DNA from: an uncultured Dehalococcoidales bacterium
Lineage (GTDB): Bacteria > Chloroflexota > Dehalococcoidia > GIF9 > AB-539-J10
Assembly (NCBI GenBank): GCA_964578745.1
Contig: CAZODZ010000002.1
Location: 17,123 to 81,122 of the forward strand
DNA length: 64,000 nucleotides
Direction of reading: 5' to 3'
Under the pieces are notes generated by a model. It saw nothing but the letters and a program-made list of their open reading frames with translations, did not search any database and was not told the origin of the DNA. Made by a program: the position numbers and the translations under genes. Below are positions 29,225 through 38,994 of this stretch, piece after piece. Within the stretch, counting starts at the first letter, position 1, and each line of letters opens with the position of its first letter.

Positions 29225-30787
29225 CTACTCCTCTTCCTCGTCTCTATCGAACGGGCGTTCTCGTTCGCTCGCGTACATCCTGGACAAGAACTGGAGACGG
29301 GCATTGATATCCCGGGCTGGTTCCCGGGGTTGCATTCGCGGCGGAGCAGGTTCTTCCGGTTCGAATCGGCTCATCGCCTCGTCCAACTCCCTTGCTGGCT
29401 GACGTCTCTCAGCGACGTCATATCCGGCTTTCTCGGCGCTGGCGACGGCATCCTCGAACACACGCATGGATGCACGGGCCGCCTTACGGGCCGCCCTGGC
29501 CGTTTCTTCGGACTTCTTGATGGCTTCCTGCAGCATTCGTGAGGATGCGACTACAGCCTCCTTTGCAGATGCCACCGAATCAGCAAGTGCCTCACGTATG
29601 ATGCGTTTGGATTCTTCTGTGGCCTCGCGTGCCTCGGCGCTCGTCTGCTCAGATTGGCGTATAGCTTCAGCTGCCAGACGCTTGGCCTCTTCAGCTGCCT
29701 CTGACGTCACCCGTGATATCTCCTCGGCCCGTGCCGCTGAACGTTGTGCCACTGCAAGGGCTTCCTCTGCAATTCTGGTGGACGAGGTGCTGACTTCCTC
29801 ACTCCTTCTCACGGCTTCGCGCGCCGCGCGTTCTGCTTCCTCTGCCTTACCGATTGCTTCCTGTGAGGCTCGCCCTGCAGACTCGACAGCTTCACGGCTT
29901 GCGCGGACTGATGCTTCAATACGGGCGACTGCTTCTTGGGAGGCGCGTATCTGGCGCTCGGCTTCACGCTGGCTCAGCTTACCCGCCTCTTCGGCACGGC
30001 GTAGAGCTGCCTCGAAAGCATGCTGGGATTGCTCAGCGGATGCGTTGGCATTTGCGATAGCCTCCTCGGCCCGTGCCCGTGCTTCCTCAAATGCCGCGGT
30101 AGAGAGCGCGGCGGAGTCACTTGCTGCTTGGAACACGCGCTCCGCCCGTGATACTGCCTTCTGCGAGGCCTTCTCAGCATCCTTCGCGACCTTCTCCGAA
30201 TTGCGTGCCACTCGCTCGGCCGCAGCCTGGGCCTCACGAGAGACTCTCACCGATTCCTCGGCTGCTCGTGCCGCGCGCGCTCCGTATTCCTCCGCTTGGG
30301 CGGTCGCCTGTTGTGCTGCACGGCGTGCCTCGTCCACTTTCTGTTGTGCCGTCTGGGCTGTCTTCTCGACCCGCGAAAGTGATTTCTGGGACGAGGAGAC
30401 CGTCTCTTCCATCGTAGCGATTGCCTGGTTCACCAGTTGCTCCAGGCGCGCAATTGCCTGCTGGAACGAACGGGCTTGTTGCTCAGCTGTTTCAGTTGAC
30501 GCCTTCAGAGCCCGCTCTGCCGCTGCAATGGCTTGCTCGGCACGTTCAATTGTGCCGCGGGAAACTCGCGAAGAGTCATCCGCAACCTCGGTTGCCCTGC
30601 GCACTGCGTCCTCCGCCAGTTTCCGTGCCTCATCTGCGGATTCCCGGGCCTCGCGAGCTATCGATTCGATCCTGCTCATGGCTTGTCCTGATGCCCGGCG
30701 CGACTGCTCCGCGGCTTGCTTGGCTGCCAGGCTCATTTGCTCCGCTCGAGCTACTGCTTCCTCAAAAGAAGGCGAATCGTTATCCAT
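29225..30787 (-). CDS. large hendecad-repeat coiled-coil protein (about 520 aa)
   Basis: Tens of 11-residue A/E/R/S-rich repeats (RASQEAVARIE / ASVRASREAVE ...) are followed by an acidic tail. An AGGAAA RBS precedes the ATG at 30787. The listed N-extension to 31003 overlaps the upstream nitrilase gene. Confidence 0.6.
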   Translation of the reverse strand: MDNDSPSFEEAVARAEQMSLAAKQAAEQSRRASGQAMSRIESIAREARESADEARKLAEDAVRRATEVADDSSRVSRGTIERAEQAIAAAERALKASTETAEQQARSFQQAIARLEQLVNQAIATMEETVSSSQKSLSRVEKTAQTAQQKVDEARRAAQQATAQAEEYGARAARAAEESVRVSREAQAAAERVARNSEKVAKDAEKASQKAVSRAERVFQAASDSAALSTAAFEEARARAEEAIANANASAEQSQHAFEAALRRAEEAGKLSQREAERQIRASQEAVARIEASVRASREAVESAGRASQEAIGKAEEAERAAREAVRRSEEVSTSSTRIAEEALAVAQRSAARAEEISRVTSEAAEEAKRLAAEAIRQSEQTSAEAREATEESKRIIREALADSVASAKEAVVASSRMLQEAIKKSEETARAARKAARASMRVFEDAVASAEKAGYDVAERRQPARELDEAMSRFEPEEPAPPRMQPREPARDINARLQFLSRMYASERERPFDRDEEEE

Positions 30788-30875
30788 GCATGTATTTCCT
30801 GGATGCGAAGTGTAAAGCACACTACCCCTGCGCCTCGGCAGGGTCGCTCTATTGTAGTCGCCGATCTCGTCTATT

Positions 30876-31700
30876 TCAACGAATGGGCGGGAGCTTTCGA
30901 TTATGCAGGACAGGCAGTTGTTCCCTTGCCTGAGCCAGCAGGCTGAAATCCAGGTTCGCAAGCACCACGGCGTTCTCTTCGCCGGAGGCACGTGCGAGTA
31001 CACGCCCCCATGGGTCTACCAGCATGCTGTTCCCGTATGTTGGGATACCGCCTGCACCAATACCCGATTGCCCAGGCGCGACGACAAAACTCAAGTTCTC
31101 AATGGCGCGTGCGCGTACGAGGACCTCCCAGTGCGCGGCACCGGTAAGCTCCGTGAAAGAAGAGGGCACGAATATCAGATCGACTCCCGAGGCCGACATC
31201 TCGCGGTAGAGCTCGGGAAAACGGAGGTCATAGCAGATGCTGAGCCCCATCCTGATGCCTGCTGCGTATGCCAGTACAACTTCAGAGCCCGCTGAGTACT
31301 TCATAGATTCGCTGATCGAGCGATCGTCAATCGTGATGTCGAAGAGGTGTATCTTGCGGTATGCGGCAATGATATCGCCGTCGGTGCCGATGAGAACGGA
31401 CGTATTGTATGGCCTCCCCCCTGGATTGCGCTCATGAACGCTTCCCGCGAGTATCCATGCGTTTCTCTCGTAGGCCAGTCTCTGAAGAGGAGAAAGGGCT
31501 GAACCCGGGAGTGGTTCAGCAATAGCGTCAAGCTCTATGTCGTCGCCGCGGTAGTCAAACGTCTCTGGCAGAGCGACGAGTTGGGCGCCTTCATCAAGGG
31601 CGCGCTCAACCAGTCGTGCTGCCCTGCGGATATTGTCCGACTTGTCCGGTCCGCTGGCCATTTGCACGATTGCAGTCCTCAATCGGTTCGGTTCAGTCAT
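30876..31700 (-). CDS. carbon-nitrogen hydrolase (nitrilase/omega-amidase superfamily)
   Basis: It has the catalytic triad context: E in LVALPE, K in YRKIHLF and C in GLSICYD. Confidence 0.8.
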   Translation of the reverse strand: MTEPNRLRTAIVQMASGPDKSDNIRRAARLVERALDEGAQLVALPETFDYRGDDIELDAIAEPLPGSALSPLQRLAYERNAWILAGSVHERNPGGRPYNTSVLIGTDGDIIAAYRKIHLFDITIDDRSISESMKYSAGSEVVLAYAAGIRMGLSICYDLRFPELYREMSASGVDLIFVPSSFTELTGAAHWEVLVRARAIENLSFVVAPGQSGIGAGGIPTYGNSMLVDPWGRVLARASGEENAVVLANLDFSLLAQAREQLPVLHNRKLPPIR

Positions 31701-31817
31701 GTGATGGTCACACTCTCTGTCTCAGTCGCCGTGCAGCCTCTGTCATACCGGCAGAATGCGGGATCAATCAACATGATATCATGCGATGCGCACGTATCGT
31801 ACAGAATGGCTTGCCCT

Positions 31818-31856
31818 GGAAAATGAAGAGCGGCGACAAGCTGCGTGTCGCCGCTC
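31818..31856 (-). terminator. Rho-independent terminator of the TRAP transporter operon
   Basis: A 10-bp GC-rich stem (gagcggcgac / gtcgccgctc) is followed on the minus strand by ttcattttcc. It lies 20 nt after the dctM stop. Confidence 0.6.
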
Positions 31857-31876
31857 CTTTCTCATGTGCGTGATTC

Positions 31877-33217
31877 CTATCGAATCATTTGCGCCGGCAG
31901 CCACGTGATGATCTGGGGGAAGATTGCCATGATAACCAGTGTAAGGGCAATCATGCCGATGAACGGTATCACGCCACGGATGATGTGACTTGAATCGATG
32001 CCCTGCTCCGGCTTTGTGACCGCCTTCAGGAAGAAGATGGCATAGGCGAATGGGGGGCTGAGGAATGACATCTGCAGGTTCACAATTATCATCATTGAGA
32101 ACCAGAGATAGTCGAAGCCTAGTTCTCCCGCAATAGGTGTCACAATCGGCACTATGATGAGCACGATGCCTATCCAGTCGATAAACATGCCCATGATGAA
32201 CACGAGGAACATGATGACCAGTAGTGCACCCCACCTGCCTCCAGGCGCAGAAAGGACGAATGCGTTAACTACGTCGCCGCACCCAAGGCCGAGGAAGATG
32301 CTTGTGAAGAACGTTGCTCCGACCACCACGATGAAGACCATGCTGAATGTACCTGCGGTCGCAAAGCACGTCTCCTTCAGCACACGGAAGCTCAGCTTGC
32401 GGTACGCGGCGGCCATCAGCGTCGATGCGAGTGCGCCCACGGCAGCGGCCTCTGTCGGTGCTGCAATACCGAAGAATATGCTCCCCAGCACTGCAAGCAC
32501 GAGTATCACGGGTGGCAACAGCGACGTCAACAGCAACCGCAGCTTCTCCGCCATCGGGACATTGCGCTCTTCCGGTGGCAGCACGGGAGCCTCATGGGGC
32601 CGCAGCGCGCAGCGGATAAGGATGTAGGCCGTGTACATGGCCGAAAGCGTTAGTCCTGCCGGGAACGCAGCCATGAACAGCTGTCCCACGGAGATCGTGG
32701 CCATGGGACCGTAAAAGATAAGCATGATGCTGGGTGGGATGAGTATGCCCAGCGAACCGCCTGCGCAGCACGCGCCAGTGGACAGTTCTTTTGAGTAGCC
32801 CCGCTCCAGGAGGGCTGGCAAGGCGATCAGGCCCAGCATTGTTACCGATGCGGCGATGACTCCCACGGTAGCGGCGAGAACCGTTCCGAACCAGATGGTC
32901 GCGACGGCGAGGCCGCCCCTCAGACCTCCAAGCCACAGATAGAGTGTGGTGAACAGTGACTTGGATACTCCCGAGCGTTCGACCATGATGCCCATGAATA
33001 TGAACAGTGGAACTGCAAGAAACGTGTAGTTGGTGGTGATGCCGAACAGCCGGTCATAGAACAGTGAGAAAATGGTCATCGGCGGAGTCCAGAAGAGAAT
33101 GCCCGATACGAGTGCAACGCCTCCCAGTGCGAGGCCGAGGGGGAAGCCGCTGGCAACTCCGACCAGCAGCATCAGGATCATGGCGATGGTGATGACTTCG
33201 GTACTCGCGTCTATCAT
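31877..33217 (-). CDS. dctM: TRAP transporter large permease
   Basis: The 446-aa polytopic product has the DctM-family fold and overlaps the dctQ stop. Confidence 0.85.
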   Translation of the reverse strand: MIDASTEVITIAMILMLLVGVASGFPLGLALGGVALVSGILFWTPPMTIFSLFYDRLFGITTNYTFLAVPLFIFMGIMVERSGVSKSLFTTLYLWLGGLRGGLAVATIWFGTVLAATVGVIAASVTMLGLIALPALLERGYSKELSTGACCAGGSLGILIPPSIMLIFYGPMATISVGQLFMAAFPAGLTLSAMYTAYILIRCALRPHEAPVLPPEERNVPMAEKLRLLLTSLLPPVILVLAVLGSIFFGIAAPTEAAAVGALASTLMAAAYRKLSFRVLKETCFATAGTFSMVFIVVVGATFFTSIFLGLGCGDVVNAFVLSAPGGRWGALLVIMFLVFIMGMFIDWIGIVLIIVPIVTPIAGELGFDYLWFSMMIIVNLQMSFLSPPFAYAIFFLKAVTKPEQGIDSSHIIRGVIPFIGMIALTLVIMAIFPQIITWLPAQMIR

Positions 33218-33729
33218 AAGTCTTCTCCCGTCCGGAGCTTATATAAGTCACGTATGACCCAGACGAGTGCCGCGAGCACCCAGAGAGAGAGTGCGATCAC
33301 CAGCATCCAGCGGTATGGCCAGAGCGGTGGGCGCCAGAATCCCACCTCTGAGAACTCTCCAGTCACGAATGAGCGGATCGCTCTCGGAACTGCACGTTCC
33401 AGCATAAGAATAAACAGGGGGAAAAACAGGAAGATGTTCCCGAGTGCGTCGACCAACATTTTGGTCTTCTCGGAATAGTGTGTGTACAGGATGTCGACCC
33501 GTACCTGTTCCCGCCTGGTTGTCACCCAGGCCATACCCATGAGCATTACCGTGCCGCCAACCATGTAGCTGATGTCAAATGCCCATACGGTTGGTTCGCG
33601 GAACAGGTAGCGCATGAACGTGTCAAACGTGAGAGCGAGTATGAGAACCACGAGAAGCCATGACACGCCCTTGCCGACCCACGTACTGATGGCATCTACA
33701 GCGCCAAAAAATGGTCTTAGTGCTTTCAC
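33214..33729 (-). CDS. dctQ: TRAP transporter small permease
   Basis: The 171-aa product has 4 TM helices and sits upstream of dctM in an overlapping arrangement. Confidence 0.75.
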   Translation of the reverse strand: MKALRPFFGAVDAISTWVGKGVSWLLVVLILALTFDTFMRYLFREPTVWAFDISYMVGGTVMLMGMAWVTTRREQVRVDILYTHYSEKTKMLVDALGNIFLFFPLFILMLERAVPRAIRSFVTGEFSEVGFWRPPLWPYRWMLVIALSLWVLAALVWVIRDLYKLRTGEDL

Positions 33730-33820
33730 CAGATTCTGCCTCTCGTTCTAGTCAAGCCAGAAACAGCAGACATGAGGCCCCGCCGGGTGGTCTCATGCCT
33801 GCTGTTGTCATGATCGAGAC

Positions 33821-34981
33821 TCAGGGTTCGTATGTCATTATCTGGGGATCAGGTTGAGTGAAGGCCTTGAACTCGCGATAGGAAGCAACGAAGTCTCGCT
33901 GAGACGCCAGGACCTTTGCGAAGAACTCGTCCTCCGCTGCAATCTCGTCGTACTTCTTGTTCGCAACCTCCACGATTGCCTTCTGGACATCCTCAGGCAG
34001 GTAGACGAACTCAGTCCCGTACTCTTTAAGGTTGGCGATGCCCTGCATGTCTGCGTAGTCGACCATGGCGAGCGACCGGATGGTGATAGCCTCGGCGGCG
34101 TGAGTGACAATAGCCTTCAGGTCGTCAGGGAGAGCATTCCACTGGTCAGTGTTTATGAGGAGCTCGAATGCTGACTGTGGAGCATGGATGCCAGGGCCAT
34201 GTACGTACGCACCAAGCTCCTGGAAGCCTGCACTCCAGTCAACGCCGGGAGTGCTGAACTCGAACGCATCTATGACACCACGCTGCATGCTCTCGTAGAT
34301 CTCGCCACCGGGCATGGTGACGACCGCGGCGCCCATCTCGTTGAGCATCTCGCCCCAGATTCCTGCGGTGCGGAACTTCATCCCTTTGAAGTCGTCAAGG
34401 CTCGTCACGGGCTCGGCGAACCAGCCGAACAACTCTGCTGATGTGAATGTGCTCAGGTTTGCCACAACATTGAGGTTCTGCCTGTCATACATCTCCTGAT
34501 GCAGTGCATGTCCACCGCCCTCGTAGTACCAGACGGCGAACTCCTGCGGCGCCATGCCTGCCGGGTACAGGTTAAACAGGTCGCCCGCGAGGCCGATTTC
34601 GCTCGTGTGGTAGTGGGAACCCGTGAGCGTGCAGTCGAGAACGCCATCGGAGACAGCACGCATTTCCTTCAAGGCGTCGACAATGGCACCCCCCGGGTTG
34701 TTCGTGATTACAAGACGTCCATTCGACATCTCGTCGACAAAGCTGGTGAACATGTCGCCCGCCTTGTACATTACGAAGCCAGTGGGGAATGGCATCTGCA
34801 TACGCCATTCAATGGTTTCCGCCGAAGGCTGAGATGGCGCTGCCTCTTCCTCCTCTTCCTCAGGTGCCTGGCCGTTCCCCTCTTCCTCTGGCGGAGCTGC
34901 TTCCGGTGCACATCCGGCAACCACCAGAACCGCGATCACCACCATTGTGCCCAGAAGCGCAAATAGTCGCTTCCCTTTCAC
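33821..34981 (-). CDS. dctP: TRAP transporter substrate-binding lipoprotein (DctP family)
   Basis: It has a signal peptide with a VAGC lipobox, an acidic linker and a DctP-like body. It starts at GTG with a GGAGGTG RBS. Confidence 0.75.
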   Translation of the reverse strand: MKGKRLFALLGTMVVIAVLVVAGCAPEAAPPEEEGNGQAPEEEEEEAAPSQPSAETIEWRMQMPFPTGFVMYKAGDMFTSFVDEMSNGRLVITNNPGGAIVDALKEMRAVSDGVLDCTLTGSHYHTSEIGLAGDLFNLYPAGMAPQEFAVWYYEGGGHALHQEMYDRQNLNVVANLSTFTSAELFGWFAEPVTSLDDFKGMKFRTAGIWGEMLNEMGAAVVTMPGGEIYESMQRGVIDAFEFSTPGVDWSAGFQELGAYVHGPGIHAPQSAFELLINTDQWNALPDDLKAIVTHAAEAITIRSLAMVDYADMQGIANLKEYGTEFVYLPEDVQKAIVEVANKKYDEIAAEDEFFAKVLASQRDFVASYREFKAFTQPDPQIMTYEP

Positions 34982-35147
34982 AGTTCACCTCCTTTTTTGC
35001 TTGTGAATGTTCCTGTCTGTTCAAGTGCCTCCGCTCTATAGTAGGTTGCTGAAAGCCCACAGTCAAGTGTTGCCGCGTGTGTAACCGCAAATAGTACAAC
35101 AGCTGGCAATGAACAGCGACTCAACAGCGGTGGTGCTCGAGCATACG

Positions 35148-36065
35148 TTACGCCGCTTGTCCACCAGAGCGCAGCCGTGACAGGACTTCACCCCACTCAC
35201 CTTTCTCCCAAGTCACCAACAAGGGCCCTGCGATGAACATCGAACTGTACGTGCCGATGAGCAACCCGAGGAACAGAACCAGTATGAAGTAGTGAATAGT
35301 CGCTCCGCCAAACAGGAGAAGTGCGAGAATCACACAGAGGGTTGTCAATGACGTGTTGACTGTCCGCACAATTGTTTCAACCAGGCTTGCGTTGACAGTG
35401 ACGTGAAGGTCTGCACTCAGCCCCTTTGCCCGGTTCTCCCGAATGCGGTCGAACACAACCACCGTGTTGTTGATGGTATAGCCCACGATGGTGAGTAGCC
35501 CAGTGATGAACAGGGCGTCTATCTCCACGCCGCTGAACCTTCCCAAGAGTGCAAATATGCCGGCCACTATGACAATGTTGTGTATCAGCGCCACGATTGC
35601 GCACGTGCCCCATTTGAAAGGACTTGGCATACGCCGGAATGCCCAGGCGATATAGAGCAGCATCGCTGCAGACGCAATAAGAACGGCAAGCCCTGCCTTC
35701 TCGGCTGTCTCTGTGGCAACAGCAGGCGAGACCGTGTTGTAGTCCAACACTGTGATCTCTGAATCCAGCGCTGTTCTGATGGCCTGTATCAGTGCCTCTC
35801 GTTCATCGACATCAAGTTGACTCAGCCGGACGAGATAGTCGCCTTCACTTCGCTGGACGCTTGCCTCGGCGTGACCGGCGTTCCATATGGCCTCTCGTAG
35901 CTGCGTTTGTTCGACCTGAGGTTCAAAATGGAGGGTCATAGAGGTCCCTCCGGCGAAGTCTATCCCCGGCTTCAATCCGAATCCGATCAGTGCTATCACG
36001 GCTATGACAAGTGCAACTGCCGAGCCGAGGAAGAACCAGTGTCGCTTACCAACGAAATCCATCAT
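35148..36065 (-). CDS. secF: protein translocase subunit SecF
   Basis: It has SecF conservation (FVGKRHWFF, a periplasmic domain and 6 TM helices). It overlaps the secD stop. Confidence 0.9.
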   Translation of the reverse strand: MMDFVGKRHWFFLGSAVALVIAVIALIGFGLKPGIDFAGGTSMTLHFEPQVEQTQLREAIWNAGHAEASVQRSEGDYLVRLSQLDVDEREALIQAIRTALDSEITVLDYNTVSPAVATETAEKAGLAVLIASAAMLLYIAWAFRRMPSPFKWGTCAIVALIHNIVIVAGIFALLGRFSGVEIDALFITGLLTIVGYTINNTVVVFDRIRENRAKGLSADLHVTVNASLVETIVRTVNTSLTTLCVILALLLFGGATIHYFILVLFLGLLIGTYSSMFIAGPLLVTWEKGEWGEVLSRLRSGGQAA

Positions 36066-37396
36066 GATTTCACCCCGTATGAACGCAGGTCGGCGGCCAG
36101 CTTATTGGACACGACGATACGAAGGAACGTGCGAGTCACGACGATGGCTGTGAACATGCTCATGGCGACGCCGATGAAGAGCGTGAGGGCGAAACCACGC
36201 ACCATGAATGCGCCAAAGGTGCCTCCAAGCCAGAATAGTATGAGACATGCGATGAAGGTGGTAATGTTGCTGTCTCGGATAGCCGACCACGCACGCTGGA
36301 ACCCGATCTCTACAGCAGGCGGAAGCGCTCTTCCGGCACGTAACTCGTCCTTCATCCGCTCAAATATGAGTACGTTTGCGTCGACAGCCATTCCAAGCGA
36401 TAGTATGAATGCTGCTATGCCTGGCAGCGTGAGCGTCAGTTGGGCCGAGAAGACATCGAATATCGCGAGCAGGAGAAGGCCGTAGATGCCAAGACTGAGG
36501 CATGCTATCAGGCCTGGAATACGGTAGTACACAATCATGAAGACGACCAACAGGAGGACGCCCACGCCGGCTGCTATCAGGCTCTTCCGTATTGAGTCGG
36601 CCCCGAGCGTCGCGTCCACATCCCGTTCATCAATAAGCTCCAGAGGTACATCAAGTGCGCCGGAATTGAGCTTGTTGACTAGGTCGCGGGCTTCCTCGAC
36701 TGTGAACTGTCCCTCGATCTGCCCCCGGTTCGAAATGACCGCGTTGACAATGGGAGCCGAGATTACCTGGTCATCGACTGTTATGGCAAGTGGCTTCTGT
36801 AGATTGCGCTGCGTGATTTGCTCGAACAGGTGTGCACCCTCACTGTTCCATTCGAACACTACGATCGGTGCCCCGTACTGGTCGAAGTCCTGCGAGGCGC
36901 TCTTCAGGTACTGGCCTGTGAGTTCCCGTTCCTGCCCGTCAGTGCCTTCAGCTGCGGCGGGCTCTTCCTTGAAGACGTAATTGCCCTCATCGTCGAGTAC
37001 GGGGTTCCCTGCTTCATCAACCTTCACCTCTCTGAAATAGAGCAGGCCTGTGTCTCCAATGAGACGGATGGCACGCGTGATATCCTTCACACCTGGAAGC
37101 TGGACAAGAATCCGGTCTGTACCCTGTTTTTGAATGGTTGGCTGGGCAGCGCCAAATTCGTCAACCCTACGCTGTATCTTCTCGATTGCGGATGCCATTG
37201 CCTGCTCATCCGTCACAGATGGATCCTTCTTTGTCAGATCCGCGCGGTAGAGGAGCTGGCTTCCACCACGAAGGTCCAGTCCCAACCGCAGGCCATCCTC
37301 GCCAAGCAGGTTCGATTGCACGGGGAGGATCGCCCACAGCGACAGGCCACATAGAATGATGATGAATCCAAGGAGAGCAACTTCTCTTCTCTTCAC
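36062..37396 (-). CDS. secD: protein translocase subunit SecD
   Basis: The 444-aa product has the SecD periplasmic domain and a C-terminal TM bundle. The gene order secD-secF is conserved. Confidence 0.9.
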   Translation of the reverse strand: MKRREVALLGFIIILCGLSLWAILPVQSNLLGEDGLRLGLDLRGGSQLLYRADLTKKDPSVTDEQAMASAIEKIQRRVDEFGAAQPTIQKQGTDRILVQLPGVKDITRAIRLIGDTGLLYFREVKVDEAGNPVLDDEGNYVFKEEPAAAEGTDGQERELTGQYLKSASQDFDQYGAPIVVFEWNSEGAHLFEQITQRNLQKPLAITVDDQVISAPIVNAVISNRGQIEGQFTVEEARDLVNKLNSGALDVPLELIDERDVDATLGADSIRKSLIAAGVGVLLLVVFMIVYYRIPGLIACLSLGIYGLLLLAIFDVFSAQLTLTLPGIAAFILSLGMAVDANVLIFERMKDELRAGRALPPAVEIGFQRAWSAIRDSNITTFIACLILFWLGGTFGAFMVRGFALTLFIGVAMSMFTAIVVTRTFLRIVVSNKLAADLRSYGVKS

Positions 37397-38946
37397 TTCG
37401 CGGTCCTCACAGTCTTGACTTCCCTGTTATAGGTTTTCCTCGCAAGAGTGAGAGCCTCCTCACGCGAGTTTATTTCACCCGAGGCCTGTGCCTCAAGGAC
37501 TCTAGCTAGAATGCGGCCGACGGTGGGGCTGGGCCCAATGTTGAGCAGCATCATGATATCGTTGCCAGTAATCAGTCTGGGCGGATGCACGGCCTCTTTC
37601 TGGCGGGCATGTTCGTCAATAACGTACCGCGCCAGTTTGCACACATTGCTCCACTCGGTCATCGTGTACAGAGGGCCGCGGCAGGCAAGATAGTCCGCAA
37701 GCGCCAGATAGAGCACGCCAAAACCGGCGTCCTTTGTATCTCGGAAGAACCTGTAGACTGCCCGTGTGGAAGGGAGTCCTTCACCGGACATCTGAGCCGG
37801 CCGCAGGTGATTGTAGACGAGCGTCTGGACAAAGGTACATTCCTGTTGGCTGAAGCGCAGCCGGCGAAGAATCTCTCTGCTGACGTGTGCGCCTTCTTTA
37901 GTGTGACCGAGGAAGCGTGCACGCCCGCTCTCGGTGAGCGTCTTTGTCTGTGGTTTGGCGACGTCGTGGAGAAGGCACGCAAGCTTGATGAGAGTTGCGC
38001 GTGTAGCCCCTGGAGAGACCTGCTCTCGCAGATAGGCCCGAAAGTGTGGCTGCGCCGGCAGGCAATCGCGCATCTCGTCGTTTCCGTATGCCCATTCCCC
38101 CTCGGCCGCGATGAACTCAAAAGTTGCCACAGTCTGCACTGAGTGCTCAAGCACATCCCAGAAATGCGAAGCAGGTTGCTCGACACCGCGGCACGCCTCC
38201 ATTTCGGGCAGCAGCTTCCCCAGAAGATCCAGCCGGTCCATGTGTCTCAGACTCTCAGCGGCGCCGTTCATGGCAAGTATCTTCAGCACTTCCTCACGTA
38301 GGCGCTCTCCGGCCACCGCCGCTATGCCGTCCGCTGACATTCGAACAAGGTCTTCAGTGTGGCCGTCGATCGTGAAGCCGAGTTCGGTCGCCAGCCGCAC
38401 GGCCCTGAGCAGACGGCCATGGTCGTCTTTGAATACTCCTTCGGTCACAGCTCTCAGCAGTCTTGACTGCAGGTCGTCGAGTCCACCGAACGGGTCGATC
38501 ACTTCCTGCAGAAGTACATCATGGCCGCCTTCCGGTGCTTCTAGGAGGTCTGCTATTCTGCTCGCGCGTATTGCCAGGGCGTTAACGGTGAAGTCCCGAC
38601 GCGACAGGTCTTCGGTGATATCACCCTCAAATCCTACGAAGTCAATTGTTCTGATGGGGACCGCCGACCCATTCGGAGCCCTTTCGCTGCTTGCAGGGAC
38701 AATGACGCGTGCGATTCTGCGCTCCTCTTTCAGGGCTACGTACGAGCCGTCCGTCACGGATGCAACTTCCTTTGCGGTGCGCAGTGCGTCGCCTTGGATA
38801 GCGATGTCGATATCCGGCGATGCCCTCCCTATCAGGCTGTCACGCAGGAACCCCCCGACCACATAGCCCGGGTGCCCCGGTGTGTCGGAAAGCCTGAGGA
38901 CAGGAGTAAGCTGGGCAGAGGAGCAGGTGCAAGATGATAGGGGCAT
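37393..38946 (-). CDS. cca: CCA-adding tRNA nucleotidyltransferase with an HD domain
   Basis: It has a Pol-beta-like head (GGFLRD, DIDIAI), a poly(A)-polymerase-like body and HD motifs (LLHDVAKP). Confidence 0.8.
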   Translation of the reverse strand: MPLSSCTCSSAQLTPVLRLSDTPGHPGYVVGGFLRDSLIGRASPDIDIAIQGDALRTAKEVASVTDGSYVALKEERRIARVIVPASSERAPNGSAVPIRTIDFVGFEGDITEDLSRRDFTVNALAIRASRIADLLEAPEGGHDVLLQEVIDPFGGLDDLQSRLLRAVTEGVFKDDHGRLLRAVRLATELGFTIDGHTEDLVRMSADGIAAVAGERLREEVLKILAMNGAAESLRHMDRLDLLGKLLPEMEACRGVEQPASHFWDVLEHSVQTVATFEFIAAEGEWAYGNDEMRDCLPAQPHFRAYLREQVSPGATRATLIKLACLLHDVAKPQTKTLTESGRARFLGHTKEGAHVSREILRRLRFSQQECTFVQTLVYNHLRPAQMSGEGLPSTRAVYRFFRDTKDAGFGVLYLALADYLACRGPLYTMTEWSNVCKLARYVIDEHARQKEAVHPPRLITGNDIMMLLNIGPSPTVGRILARVLEAQASGEINSREEALTLARKTYNREVKTVRTAK

Positions 38947-38994
38947 GGATGTCGATTATAGCCTCAGGCGGCGGCTATTGTAAAGCAGAAACAG

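Noticed and set aside
29466-30815. 449-aa Ala/Ser/Arg-rich ORF on the plus strand
   Set aside because: It is the mirror frame of the hendecad-repeat coiled-coil gene. The GCN-rich repeat codons read as Ala/Ser/Arg on the opposite strand. It has no RBS and no family resemblance.
38111-38866. 251-aa Ser/Arg-rich ORF antisense to cca
   Set aside because: It lies inside a confidently called CCA-adding enzyme gene on the other strand and has low-complexity composition.
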